The position numbers and the translations under genes are program-made. Source: an uncultured bacterium (GTDB lineage: Bacteria > Patescibacteriota > Minisyncoccia > Phycocordibacterales > UBA9973). From it: 64,000 bases of DNA. The first letter of the stretch is position 1, and each line of letters begins with the position of its first letter. Location: contig CAIJZZ010000060.1 in assembly GCA_903825255.1 (NCBI GenBank), forward strand, positions 5,967-69,966, given 5' to 3'. The notes beneath the pieces are model-generated. The model searched no databases and was not told where the DNA came from. It worked only from the letters and a program-made list of their open reading frames with translations. This document shows, in pieces, positions 50,017 through 59,836 of the stretch.

Positions 50017-50788
50017 AAAAATAAAAAGAAAAAAAACTTCAAATATAATTTTTGGAGTTTTTGTTTTATTATTTATTTTCTATTTTAGAAGTCCCATTTT
50101 TCGAGGTCTTTCTTATGCTTCCCATATTATTTTTCGTCCAGTTTTAGTTTTAGGTAATGGTATTAAAAACTCAACTTCAAATTTTTTTGGTTCATTATCT
50201 TTTAAAAGTTCCTTAATTAAGGAGAATGAAAATTTAAAAACCCAAATAAATGAAAGTCAGGCGGATCGAGCCAACTATGCAACTGTTTTAGATGAAAATG
50301 TTAAATTAAAAGAAATTTTAGGCCGTAAGAAAGAAAACATAAATTTTATTTTGTCGGCTATTTTAGCTAAACCCAATCGATCAGTCTATGATACATTAAT
50401 TATTGATGCGGGTGAGAATCAAGGAGTAGTTTTAAATAAAAAAGTTTTTGCCTTAGGTGATGTGCCTATAGGTTATGTGGCAGAAGTTTACCTGAATTCC
50501 TCAAAAGTAATTTTGTATTCTAGCCCAGGGGAACAGACAGAAGTAGTGGTTTCTGGTAAAGACGCTTTTATGGAAGCCGTGGGTCGTGGTGGAGGGAATT
50601 TTGAAATGATTTTACCTCGAGATTTTGTTTTAGAAAATGGTTCTGAAGTAGTACTGCCGGGGATGACTTCGTATGTATTAGGAGTGGTAAAAACAATTAT
50701 CTCTGACCCACGTGATTCCTATCAAAAAGCACTCCTTGTAAGTCCTGTAAATATTCAACAACTAAAATTTGTGGAGGTGGAGAAATAA
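49997..50788 (+). CDS. mreC: rod shape-determining protein MreC
   Basis: Follows and overlaps mreB. N-terminal TM helix, coiled coil (LIKENENLKTQINE), then beta-rich domain. ATG at 49997 preferred. Confidence 0.75.
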   Translation: MSYLLDKKIKRKKTSNIIFGVFVLLFIFYFRSPIFRGLSYASHIIFRPVLVLGNGIKNSTSNFFGSLSFKSSLIKENENLKTQINESQADRANYATVLDENVKLKEILGRKKENINFILSAILAKPNRSVYDTLIIDAGENQGVVLNKKVFALGDVPIGYVAEVYLNSSKVILYSSPGEQTEVVVSGKDAFMEAVGRGGGNFEMILPRDFVLENGSEVVLPGMTSYVLGVVKTIISDPRDSYQKALLVSPVNIQQLKFVEVEK

Positions 50789-50880
50789 AGAAGAGGAAGC
50801 ACTGAGCATACTAAAATGCTAATTTGTGAAAAAATAACTAAGTAGCTCATAGTATCCCTTTTTGCTATAATTTAAAAGTT

Positions 50881-51186
50881 ATGACTATTAGAGATTTTAT
50901 AATGAATGGGTCAATACATCCCCAAATAGAGAATTTGTCTAAAGATAAAAAACGTTTATTTTTAAAGGTTCTTTTGGAAGAGGAAGAAATAAATGAAGAC
51001 TTAAAGTCTATTACTTCGACTAAAGATATTGAAAAACTTTTTGATAAAATTATAAAAAAAATCGAAGAAAATAGAGATGATATTAAAAAAATTTTTAAGA
51101 ATTATAAAAAAGATTTAAGTATCTTAAAGGATAAACAAGATTTGCTTATTTTAGAAGAAAAAATATTAGAAAATATAAAACAATAA
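50881..51186 (+). CDS. hypothetical charged coiled-coil protein (101 aa)
   Basis: Lys/Glu-rich helical sequence. Ends 4 nt before the giant ORF. Confidence 0.4.
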   Translation: MTIRDFIMNGSIHPQIENLSKDKKRLFLKVLLEEEEINEDLKSITSTKDIEKLFDKIIKKIEENRDDIKKIFKNYKKDLSILKDKQDLLILEEKILENIKQ

Positions 51187-51190
51187 AAAT

Positions 51191-54100
51191 ATGGGGGATA
51201 TTTTACCAAAAAAAACAATAGATCAAAAAGAAGGACTTATTCCTGAAAATATTGAGGTGAATGATAGTGTAAACAAGGAGAATAAGATTATAGAAAATTC
51301 AGAAAATTCAGAAAATTCAGAAAAAATTCTTGAAAAAATTGAGCCTCTTTTAGTTGAAGTAGATCAAATAAACTCTGAAATTGAAGAAAAAAGTGACGGC
51401 CTTTTGGAAAGTATAAAAAATCCTATTTTAGTTGAGAAAGAAAATAGTATTTTAGGAGAGCTTTATCAAAAAGGTGAAAATTTTCTCAAATTAATATCTA
51501 GGCAATTAGCAAGCTATCCTAAAGGAGTTGCAGAGTCTTTCAAAGATAAATATATAAGTAAAAAATCTAATCGTTTATATAATCGTCTTTATAGTAACAA
51601 AGCGATAAGTGAATATACAAATTCACATTCTCGAAAAGAAGAAGCGATCCGTTCTTTTGATTATATATATAAAAGTTCTTTACCACTTTTGAATACTATT
51701 GAGAATGGTTTTTGGGGAAATTCCAAAAATAAGTCTGAAACTATTTCATATGTAAATTCTTCATTATCAATAATTAGCAGACAAGGTATTTCACTAGAAA
51801 AGTATGATGAAGTTTTTAATATTCTTAAGATTTATGAAAACAGCCGAACACTATCTGATGAAAATAAAAATCAACAGAATACCTTTTCAAATATTACTAC
51901 AGAGCTAAGTAAGCATTTATATAGCAAAGAAAACGCTACTGAAGCTGATGAAATTTCTAAAGTATGTAGAAATGATCCATATTTAATTATTGATTATTTA
52001 AAAAATAATTATATTGATGAAAATAAACTTAATCAACAAAAAAATTCAAATTTTTTAGAAGAGCAAGTGGATAAAATAATCGAAGAACATACTGAAAATA
52101 GTCACTGCAATCAGTTTGTTTTAAGTTCTTTTGAAAAAGTTTTAAAAGCGAATCCTGAAAAATATGGATTGGATATTAAAAATAGGGAATTTATTTTTGA
52201 AAATTTTAAAATTGATAATTTTGAAAATTCCTCTAGTAATTATTTAATAAATAATAGTCCCTTTTTTAAAAGGGAGCTTGATAATTTAACAGAAGAAGAT
52301 CTTGATAAATTAATAGGATCTTATACTAGTTATGGTATAAAAGAGGGAAAAGTGCAACTTTTATTATCTTCTACGAATCTACAAGAAAAAGATTTTAAAA
52401 ATATTTTTAATAAAGTTAAAGGTTTTTCTGAAGAAGAAAATGATTATTCAAAAGAAAAATTACTAGAATTATTTAAAAATAACCCAATAATACCATTTTT
52501 AAAATATAAAGAATTTAACTTAAAAACAGAAGACCGAATTGATTTTTTTGAAAAAATTATGGGATTTATGGATAATCCTTTTTTATTTTTAACAAAAATT
52601 CTTTCTGAATTTAACCTCCTTTCTAAGGAAATTCCCGAAGAAAAGTTTGATGAGCTTTTTCAAAAACTTCTTGAAAAATCAATGACTGGCGAAATTAAAG
52701 AAATTAGAGCATTACATGCCTTACTCCCAGCATACGATGTTCCTGCTAAATATAAAGAAATGATTAATAAAGCCTTTTCAGAAGAATATTCTGAAGGAGG
52801 CGGTGCCACTAGAATTAGTAGGATTTTTAGTGAAGAAAATAATTCTCTACAACTTTCTAAGCAGGAAAAATGGCTCAAAGGCAATGCCGTGCTTGCGCCC
52901 AATTTAGAAATTGGGTTTTATAATTCTGGTGACATGAATACTCTTAGGCACTTTTTTTTCGATGTGATAGAAGGAAAAAGACAATCTATAGATAAGGATT
53001 TGCTAATTAAAAAATATGCCGAAAGAATTTACCAAGTTGAGCCAGAAGAAATCATTGATCTTTTTATTATTAGGAAAAAGCTTCCCATGTCTTATTTAGA
53101 TGCATTTTCTGCTAAAATCCAGGATCATGATACAGAAAAGTTGTTTTTACAGTTAGAGGACTGTCTTCGCTTGAATCAAATATCTCAAGCAGAATATAAA
53201 AAAGTATTAATTAGCTTAATAAATAATGCCTATTATGTCGTTGCTGAAAAGTCGCTGGATCGTTCCAAAGAAATTCTTAATCAAGATGAAATAAAAGAGT
53301 TATCTTTAGGTTTTATAAAAAATATAGTCAAACAAGTTGCAAATAAGGATAATTACAGTCGTCCTGATGCTAATAGTCTTCGTAGAATTATTGAATCAAA
53401 ATTTTATGATTCACCTACTATAACTCAAGAAGACAAAAAAATTTTTACCAACAAGCTCTTTGAGGAACTTATTAGCTATAAAAATTTAAATAATGAAATA
53501 TTAGAAATAGTTGATCAAAATAAGGATTTATTTAAAACAGCCTTTGACGATGATAAAAAGAGAGATGATTTTGTCGGTAAATTATTAACAAGCAATGATC
53601 ATCGAGCAATTAGTAATTTGATTGATAGTTATTTATCTGAAATTAAAACTGAAAAAGAATTTAAAAATCCAATTAATCTATCAATCGATGAAGAAAAATT
53701 CAAATCATTATTTAAACACGGTTTATCTTTAGATGATTTAGAAATAGACAATGCTTTAATTGTTAATTTTAAAGCTCTTTCTAAGGAAGAACAAGGGATT
53801 GTAATAAAAAATTTATTGGCTAAGGAAGATATCTTAAGAAATTCTAATGGAGATACAATACGAAATTTTTGTTCTAATATGGTTAATGTTACCCAAAACG
53901 ATAAAATAAATGAAGGAGAAAATAGGATTATCTCAGAAAATGATGCCCAAAATATTTTTTCTAAAATATTTTTTAATAAATCCATAAATCCACAAGTCTT
54001 TAATGATTTAATTTATCATAAGAAAGGATTTTTGACTGAGAATAAAAATATTTTAAATGAATATATTTCAGCTATTGAATTAAAAGGGAGTAGTAATAAT

Positions 54101-56434
54101 TGTTTATCAGCTTTAGAAGAACTAAAATCTACGGAAAAACCAGTTCTTTCAGTGGAGCAAGTAAAGAGTCTTTCTATCGAATTACTAAAAAATAGAAACT
54201 TAGATAAGAATCTTTATCAAATGTATCTAGATTCAACTCCAGATAATTTACAGTTTTATTTAGATCAGGAAATTTTTGATCAAAACATATATAGTATAAG
54301 TATCAACGGCAATGATATGACTACCTCTATTCTTGATTTTTTGGAATTAGAAAAAAAAGTTAAAAATGAAGGTAAGAATGTTATTACTTTAAATGAAAGT
54401 CAAGAAGAGTCGATTGTAGAAAAAATATTAAATTATAATGGAATAAATAGTTCAAATTTTGAAAAACTTTATGATATTGATCAAGAATTATTTTCTGATT
54501 CATTAAAAAATGCATTAAATAAACAAAAAATAGGTGAAGATCCGCTTATGAGTCTTATTAATACCAAAGAAGAAATTTCAAAAGTTTTTGCTTCTGAAAT
54601 CATCGCATATTATTTTAATTATAGAAATAATCGAAAAAATGTATTTGATTTAATTTGTGATAAATATTCATATAGTCCCGAGTTCTTGAAAAAAATAAAG
54701 GAGTATGTTAATAATTTAGGAAACAAAGTAGATCGTTCAGTTTTTAAATCAAAACTTTTACAGAAAGACTTACTTTCTGGAGAAGAACTCAAGGCTTTTT
54801 ATGAAGAAATACGCTCCGAACCGGATTTACAATCCCAAGTGCTTCTTTCAGCTGAAGTGTTGGGTTCCTTGTCTTATACTGGTGACAAAGAAAAAATAGA
54901 TAAAATTTTTGGACCAGAAGAAGTAGAAACTAAAAAAAATCTAGAATTTATTTCTTCTTTTGTTAAAAAATATCCTTTACAAAACAAAGGTAGGACTATT
55001 GCTGTAATGCTTTTTTCTAAAGAATATTTACCTGACAGAAGTATTGGAGAAATAGTAGAAAAAGTGGCTGGTAGACTTTCTAAATATGAAAGAGTTTTAG
55101 AACAATATCAATATAAAGGTATTCCAGCTGGCTTAAAAGCTTCTGTAGGCCTTGAATATGAGATTACCCACTCAACAGCAAATGGTTATAAGGAGTTAAC
55201 TAATCGTGATTTAAAAACAGATATTGTGAGACTAAGTGAAGCAGCTCATATAGGCAATGGAGCAGATGCTGTGCATGAAATAGCTACTCGACCTACTGAT
55301 GAACCATATTTACTTTTCTTAGAAATGCAATTGTTAAATGATTTGGAATATATTGATTTGAATTTTGAACGCTCACCCGAATATCAAAAAGGGGCTAGGG
55401 GCTATCATTTGACTATTGGCGGAGAAACGGGTCTTTCTGTAAATGCAAATACTAATTTTCTTCAGAATTCTATTTTAAGTGCTGGTTGGGGCGGAATATA
55501 TGCTGGTGAAGTCGGCAAAAGGGTTTCTGGTGGACGAGGAGTGACTTTAAGAGGTAGAAGTCCAAATGACGGTCACAATGTTAAGGTTTTTGATAATCCA
55601 ACTTATTCGGTTGAATTAAGGTCTTTATCTATTGATAAAATAGAACCACTACAGCGAGCTATTTCAACTGCTTATAATGGAGCTATCGCTATTCAAGCCT
55701 TAGAAAAATATACAGATTGTTCTTCTGATACGATTAATGATTTTTATGAATCAAATTCTGTAAAAAGTAGTGAAAAGGAATTTATGGAAAAACTTAAAGA
55801 ATCTTCTAAATTAAAAGATGGTTATGATTCTGATCCAAAAAATATAAAAATTATTTATGCTTGGGCAGAGTTAGTGGCTGAAACTAAAGAGGCACTCGAA
55901 TATCATAATAATGAATTTTTAACTGGAGAAACACTCGGCTATTTAAAAAAAGATGGGGTATGGGTAGACTCCGAAGATTTCGGAGGAAATTATAATAGAA
56001 AACGTTTTGACTCTGTAGTTTCTTCAATTGATTCGACTTTATCAGTAGAAGAATATGTAAATTCAACTAAAATTGATTTTAATAAATTATTTTCTAGTTT
56101 TGATGTGGATCTAGCTGATAGTTTAACAAAGGTAAATAATTTATATTTAAAACCCGGTAGTAGAGAATCTGGCGATGAAAAAAATAAGAAAGTAAAATTA
56201 AGTGGTGACCAAGCAAATACAATCTCAATGTTGGAAGTTACAAAGTTTAATAATGAAAATCTTGAACATCGAGATGAGGCTGCCTATCTCAAGGGTACCG
56301 TATTTGATACTTTAGGTGAACGTCGAGAAGGATATTATTATGTTCAAGGGGGAAGTGAAAAAATGATTACCCATGCTTGTCAGATAGCTCTTTTGAATTT
56401 TAATAAAAAAATGGAAGAAATTTTAAAGAATTAA
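51191..56434 (+). CDS. giant hypothetical protein (1747 aa) with C-terminal glutamine-synthetase-like amidoligase signature
   Basis: Uninterrupted 5.2-kb ORF. About 1300 aa of Asn/Lys/Glu/Ile-rich, mostly helical-looking sequence. Residues ~1310-1500 contain VGLEYEI...GADAVHEIATRP...RGYHLTIGG...SVELRSL. Confidence 0.6.
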   Translation: MGDILPKKTIDQKEGLIPENIEVNDSVNKENKIIENSENSENSEKILEKIEPLLVEVDQINSEIEEKSDGLLESIKNPILVEKENSILGELYQKGENFLKLISRQLASYPKGVAESFKDKYISKKSNRLYNRLYSNKAISEYTNSHSRKEEAIRSFDYIYKSSLPLLNTIENGFWGNSKNKSETISYVNSSLSIISRQGISLEKYDEVFNILKIYENSRTLSDENKNQQNTFSNITTELSKHLYSKENATEADEISKVCRNDPYLIIDYLKNNYIDENKLNQQKNSNFLEEQVDKIIEEHTENSHCNQFVLSSFEKVLKANPEKYGLDIKNREFIFENFKIDNFENSSSNYLINNSPFFKRELDNLTEEDLDKLIGSYTSYGIKEGKVQLLLSSTNLQEKDFKNIFNKVKGFSEEENDYSKEKLLELFKNNPIIPFLKYKEFNLKTEDRIDFFEKIMGFMDNPFLFLTKILSEFNLLSKEIPEEKFDELFQKLLEKSMTGEIKEIRALHALLPAYDVPAKYKEMINKAFSEEYSEGGGATRISRIFSEENNSLQLSKQEKWLKGNAVLAPNLEIGFYNSGDMNTLRHFFFDVIEGKRQSIDKDLLIKKYAERIYQVEPEEIIDLFIIRKKLPMSYLDAFSAKIQDHDTEKLFLQLEDCLRLNQISQAEYKKVLISLINNAYYVVAEKSLDRSKEILNQDEIKELSLGFIKNIVKQVANKDNYSRPDANSLRRIIESKFYDSPTITQEDKKIFTNKLFEELISYKNLNNEILEIVDQNKDLFKTAFDDDKKRDDFVGKLLTSNDHRAISNLIDSYLSEIKTEKEFKNPINLSIDEEKFKSLFKHGLSLDDLEIDNALIVNFKALSKEEQGIVIKNLLAKEDILRNSNGDTIRNFCSNMVNVTQNDKINEGENRIISENDAQNIFSKIFFNKSINPQVFNDLIYHKKGFLTENKNILNEYISAIELKGSSNNCLSALEELKSTEKPVLSVEQVKSLSIELLKNRNLDKNLYQMYLDSTPDNLQFYLDQEIFDQNIYSISINGNDMTTSILDFLELEKKVKNEGKNVITLNESQEESIVEKILNYNGINSSNFEKLYDIDQELFSDSLKNALNKQKIGEDPLMSLINTKEEISKVFASEIIAYYFNYRNNRKNVFDLICDKYSYSPEFLKKIKEYVNNLGNKVDRSVFKSKLLQKDLLSGEELKAFYEEIRSEPDLQSQVLLSAEVLGSLSYTGDKEKIDKIFGPEEVETKKNLEFISSFVKKYPLQNKGRTIAVMLFSKEYLPDRSIGEIVEKVAGRLSKYERVLEQYQYKGIPAGLKASVGLEYEITHSTANGYKELTNRDLKTDIVRLSEAAHIGNGADAVHEIATRPTDEPYLLFLEMQLLNDLEYIDLNFERSPEYQKGARGYHLTIGGETGLSVNANTNFLQNSILSAGWGGIYAGEVGKRVSGGRGVTLRGRSPNDGHNVKVFDNPTYSVELRSLSIDKIEPLQRAISTAYNGAIAIQALEKYTDCSSDTINDFYESNSVKSSEKEFMEKLKESSKLKDGYDSDPKNIKIIYAWAELVAETKEALEYHNNEFLTGETLGYLKKDGVWVDSEDFGGNYNRKRFDSVVSSIDSTLSVEEYVNSTKIDFNKLFSSFDVDLADSLTKVNNLYLKPGSRESGDEKNKKVKLSGDQANTISMLEVTKFNNENLEHRDEAAYLKGTVFDTLGERREGYYYVQGGSEKMITHACQIALLNFNKKMEEILKN
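51293..51329. repeat. in-frame 9-bp tandem repeat (GAAAATTCA)x3 plus a degenerate 4th unit
   Basis: Encodes ENSENSENSEK near the N-terminus of the giant ORF. Confidence 0.8.
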
Positions 56435-56449
56435 TATCAAAATGAAATA

Positions 56450-57757
56450 ATGCAATTTAAAATTGAGAAAAAGTTAAAAGGAAGTTTAGGGAGAGTGGGG
56501 AGGTTAGAAACTCCGCATGGGGTTATTTTGACACCGGCTTTTGTGGCGGTGGGGACGAAAGCGACCATCAAATCTTTAAATCCAGAACAAGTGCGTGATG
56601 CTGGTTCACAAGTGGTGCTTGGCAATACTTATCATTTATTTTTACAGCCAGGTGATGAGATAGTGCGTGGTGCTGGTGGTATTGGAAAATTTATGAATTG
56701 GACAGGGCCCACGATGACCGACTCTGGCGGTTTCCAAGTTTTTTCACTCGGAGCGGCTTATGGTAAAGATATTTCCAAAATTACTAAAATTACAGATCCG
56801 TCACTTTTGATTCCTGAGCGTTTTGATGACAGTGATGCACCACGACTTGCGAAAATCGGAGAGGATGGAGTTTCTTTTAAATCACATTTAGATGGGAAGA
56901 TACATTACATTACTCCGGAGAAATCAATTCAGATTCAGCACAATTTAGGCGCAGATATAATTTTTGCTTTTGATGAATGTACGAGCCCGACAGAGGATTT
57001 AAAATATCAAGAAGAAGCACTTAATAGGACTCATAAATGGGCAGAGAGAAGTTTAAAGGAACATCTTAATTTGGAAAATTCAAAACAGCTGCTTTCTCAC
57101 GGCTCGCCCCACAACCTGACAATGGTTAACGAACGTAATATTGCGCAGGCCGAAGAAAGCACTGTTTTAAATTTTTCACAGGCATTATTTGGTATAGTGC
57201 AAGGAGGGCGCGAAGAAGGTTTACGAAAGAAATCTGCAAAAATAATTTCTGAAATGCAGGTAGATGGCAAAAGTTTTGATGGTTTTGGAATTGGTGGATC
57301 TTTTGCTAAAGAGGATATGTCGACAGCTGTAAAGTGGGTGAATGAAATTTTACCAGAAGAAAAACCTCGACACTTACTTGGTATTGGCGAGCCAGAAGAT
57401 TTATTTATGGGAATAGAAAATGGTGTAGACCTTTTTGATTGTGTGCTTCCGACACGATTAGGAAGAAATGGTACGATTTACACGAAGCTCGGTAAAATAA
57501 TTATGACTAATAAAAAATATCGGGATGATTTTACTCCGATTGAAAAAGACTGCGTTTGTTACACTTGCACACATTATACTCGCGCTTATATAGCACATCT
57601 TTTCCACGGCAAAGAAATGTTGGCTGGTACTTTGGCATCACTACACAATTTATTTTTCATAAATAATTTAGTTTCAAAAATTCGTCAGTCTATTATCGAT
57701 GATGGTTTTTTTGAATTTAAAGAAAATTTTTTAAAGGATTATCAAAAAAGTGTATAA
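56450..57757 (+). CDS. tgt: queuine tRNA-ribosyltransferase
   Basis: TPAFVAVGT, LGNTYHL, TDSGGFQVFSL, IIFAFDEC, ALFGIVQGG, LLGIGEPEDL. Zn site CVCYTCTHYTRAYIAHL. Carries a ~100-bp in-frame insertion. Confidence 0.93.
   Translation: MQFKIEKKLKGSLGRVGRLETPHGVILTPAFVAVGTKATIKSLNPEQVRDAGSQVVLGNTYHLFLQPGDEIVRGAGGIGKFMNWTGPTMTDSGGFQVFSLGAAYGKDISKITKITDPSLLIPERFDDSDAPRLAKIGEDGVSFKSHLDGKIHYITPEKSIQIQHNLGADIIFAFDECTSPTEDLKYQEEALNRTHKWAERSLKEHLNLENSKQLLSHGSPHNLTMVNERNIAQAEESTVLNFSQALFGIVQGGREEGLRKKSAKIISEMQVDGKSFDGFGIGGSFAKEDMSTAVKWVNEILPEEKPRHLLGIGEPEDLFMGIENGVDLFDCVLPTRLGRNGTIYTKLGKIIMTNKKYRDDFTPIEKDCVCYTCTHYTRAYIAHLFHGKEMLAGTLASLHNLFFINNLVSKIRQSIIDDGFFEFKENFLKDYQKSV
57074..57176. repeat. ~100-bp element bounded by inverted repeats, in frame in tgt (second family)
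   Basis: Left arm GAAAATTCAAAACAGCTGCTTTCT. Reverse complement of the right arm is GAAAAATTTAAAACAGTGCTTTCT (~23-nt imperfect terminal inverted repeat). GC-rich interior CACGGCTCGCCCCACAACCTG...GCGCAGGCCG. Confidence 0.65.
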
Positions 57758-57803
57758 CCTCCTTGTGCAATTTTGACAAGTTGTTATAATAGTTTTTATT
57801 AAA

Positions 57804-59207
57804 ATGGGAAAAGAAAAAAAGAGAAAATTAAAAAAACCTGGGAAGAATTGGAAGAAATTTTGGAAATTGGGAGCAGATGAATTCAATACTCAATTTTTCA
57901 ATATCAGCAAAGAAGGTGATTTGATGGTAAACGAAGGTCACCATATTTATAATCTTCACGGATTAGCTAAAAAATACGGTACACCACTACAAGTGGTTTT
58001 TCCTTTTGTGATAGAAGATCGATTAAAAGATTTGATCGGTTATTTTCAAGCTTATATTAAAATATATGGTTATAAAGGAAAGTTCTTTTATCATTATCCG
58101 ATGAAAGTTAATCAAAATAAAGAGTTTATTTTGCCACTATTATCAGAAGGAGCAAATTTGGAAGTAACTTCTGCCAATGAGCTTTGGTTAGTAAAGAAAC
58201 TTTGGGAGGGTGAAAAATTTAATAATAAAATTCGAGTTTTATGTAATGGTCCAAAAACAGATCAATACCTTGATTTAATAGAGGAATTACGTTCAAAAGG
58301 TATGACTATTATTCCGATTATTGAAGGTCCGGAAGAAATTGAAAGGCTTTCTAAATATAAAGGTGATATTGGCATTCGAGTAGATTTATCTATTAAAGCC
58401 GATACTCATTGGGATAAAAAGTTTGACCGCTTTGGTCTCTCAGAAAAAGATGTATTAAATTTAGATAAAATGAAGAATCTAAAAATTTTACATTACCATT
58501 TAGGTTCACAAATTAAAACTCAAAAAAGTATTTTTGATGGTATTAAACACGCTTTTACCATTTATGTTGAGTTACAAAAAACTCATCCTAATCTAGACAC
58601 TTTAGATATTGGTGGTGGTTTCGGTATTCCTTATGAAAAGAAAAAGTTTTATACAGCGAAAGGTGTTTCTAGTAAAATTATAAAAATTTTAAAAAATTTA
58701 TCAGACAAAGCTGGGATCAAACATCCGAACCTAGCGGTGGAATGGGGACAGTATGTCGTAGCTCCAGCGCAAGTAACAATTTATAAAGTTATTTCTAAAA
58801 AAATGATTCCGAAAGCGAATGCTCGAGCTTGGTATATTATCGATGGAAGTTTTATGAATGATTTGAAAGACACTTGGGCGATTCATCAGAAGTGGCACAC
58901 AATACCAGCGAATAATATGTATGGAGATTTGAAAACTGTTTGGTTCGCAGGTAGTAGCTGTGATTCCGATGATAAATATACAGCTGGAGGAAATTATATT
59001 TTAATGCCAAAAATTTCTGAAGATCAAGATCAGTACGTTGCGATTTTAGATACTGGTGCTTATCAAGATAGTCTAGCCTCGCATCATTGTTTACTTTCTG
59101 CTCCGATGAAAATTTTAGCGCAAGATGGGATGATTACGATTGCTCGTAAACGTGAAAGTCCAGAAACAATTGGAAAACTTTTTGGTTGGAATGGAGAACA
59201 TAAATAA
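57804..59207 (+). CDS. PLP-dependent (fold type III) decarboxylase, SpeA-like arginine decarboxylase family
   Basis: YHYPMKVNQ resembles the SpeA PLP-lysine motif YPIKVNQ. DIGGGFGIPY. ILDTGAYQDSL. Has a Lys-rich N-terminal tail. Confidence 0.75.
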   Translation: MGKEKKRKLKKPGKNWKKFWKLGADEFNTQFFNISKEGDLMVNEGHHIYNLHGLAKKYGTPLQVVFPFVIEDRLKDLIGYFQAYIKIYGYKGKFFYHYPMKVNQNKEFILPLLSEGANLEVTSANELWLVKKLWEGEKFNNKIRVLCNGPKTDQYLDLIEELRSKGMTIIPIIEGPEEIERLSKYKGDIGIRVDLSIKADTHWDKKFDRFGLSEKDVLNLDKMKNLKILHYHLGSQIKTQKSIFDGIKHAFTIYVELQKTHPNLDTLDIGGGFGIPYEKKKFYTAKGVSSKIIKILKNLSDKAGIKHPNLAVEWGQYVVAPAQVTIYKVISKKMIPKANARAWYIIDGSFMNDLKDTWAIHQKWHTIPANNMYGDLKTVWFAGSSCDSDDKYTAGGNYILMPKISEDQDQYVAILDTGAYQDSLASHHCLLSAPMKILAQDGMITIARKRESPETIGKLFGWNGEHK

Positions 59208-59228
59208 TTTTTGATTCAGATACAAAAT

Positions 59229-59714
59229 ATGAAAAATAAAAAACTTTTTTTAGGGATAATAATAATTTTATTTTTATCTCTTTTTTTAATTTTAGTTACA
59301 TCTAATGTAAAAAAAACTAAATTGAATGATTTTCAACCTGTTTCTGAAAATAATAAAATAAATTTTATAAAAATTGGTGATAAAAAGATAAAAGTAGAGC
59401 TAGCCACGACAGAAAAAGAGCAGGCTAGGGGTCTTTCTGGTAGAAATGGTTTAGTAGAAGATACTGGGATGCTTTTCATTTTTGATAAAATAGCCAAATA
59501 TTCTTTTTGGATGAAGGAAATGAATTTTCCGATAGATATGATTTGGATTAGTGAGGATTTACACATCGTTTATATAAAAAATAATGCACAGCCTGCGTCT
59601 TACCCAGAAGATTTTACCCCATCGACAGACGCAAAGTATGTTTTAGAAATTAATGCCGGTTTTTCTGAAAAGAATAATTTAACAGTTGGAAATTTCGTTC
59701 AATTTTCACCCTAA
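59229..59714 (+). CDS. DUF192-family protein (membrane anchored or secreted)
   Basis: ATG at 59229. TM/signal segment. GLSGR...GMLFIF...FWMKEMNFPIDMIWI pattern of DUF192/COG1430. Confidence 0.75.
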   Translation: MKNKKLFLGIIIILFLSLFLILVTSNVKKTKLNDFQPVSENNKINFIKIGDKKIKVELATTEKEQARGLSGRNGLVEDTGMLFIFDKIAKYSFWMKEMNFPIDMIWISEDLHIVYIKNNAQPASYPEDFTPSTDAKYVLEINAGFSEKNNLTVGNFVQFSP

Positions 59715-59836
59715 AAGTCGTTCTAAATTAAGCCTTTTTCTAAAGTAGGTTTTACAAGCGGAGCAAGACGTTTTATTTGTTGTTTTTTCTTCTTTTTTAC
59801 TAGCCTAAAAATTTTTTTAGGAGTAAAATACTACTT

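Noticed and set aside
51293-51329. Regularly spaced short repeats, checked as a possible CRISPR-like array
   Set aside because: It is a contiguous 9-bp in-frame microsatellite encoding ENS repeats inside a CDS, with no spacers. No CRISPR array or cas genes occur anywhere in the window.
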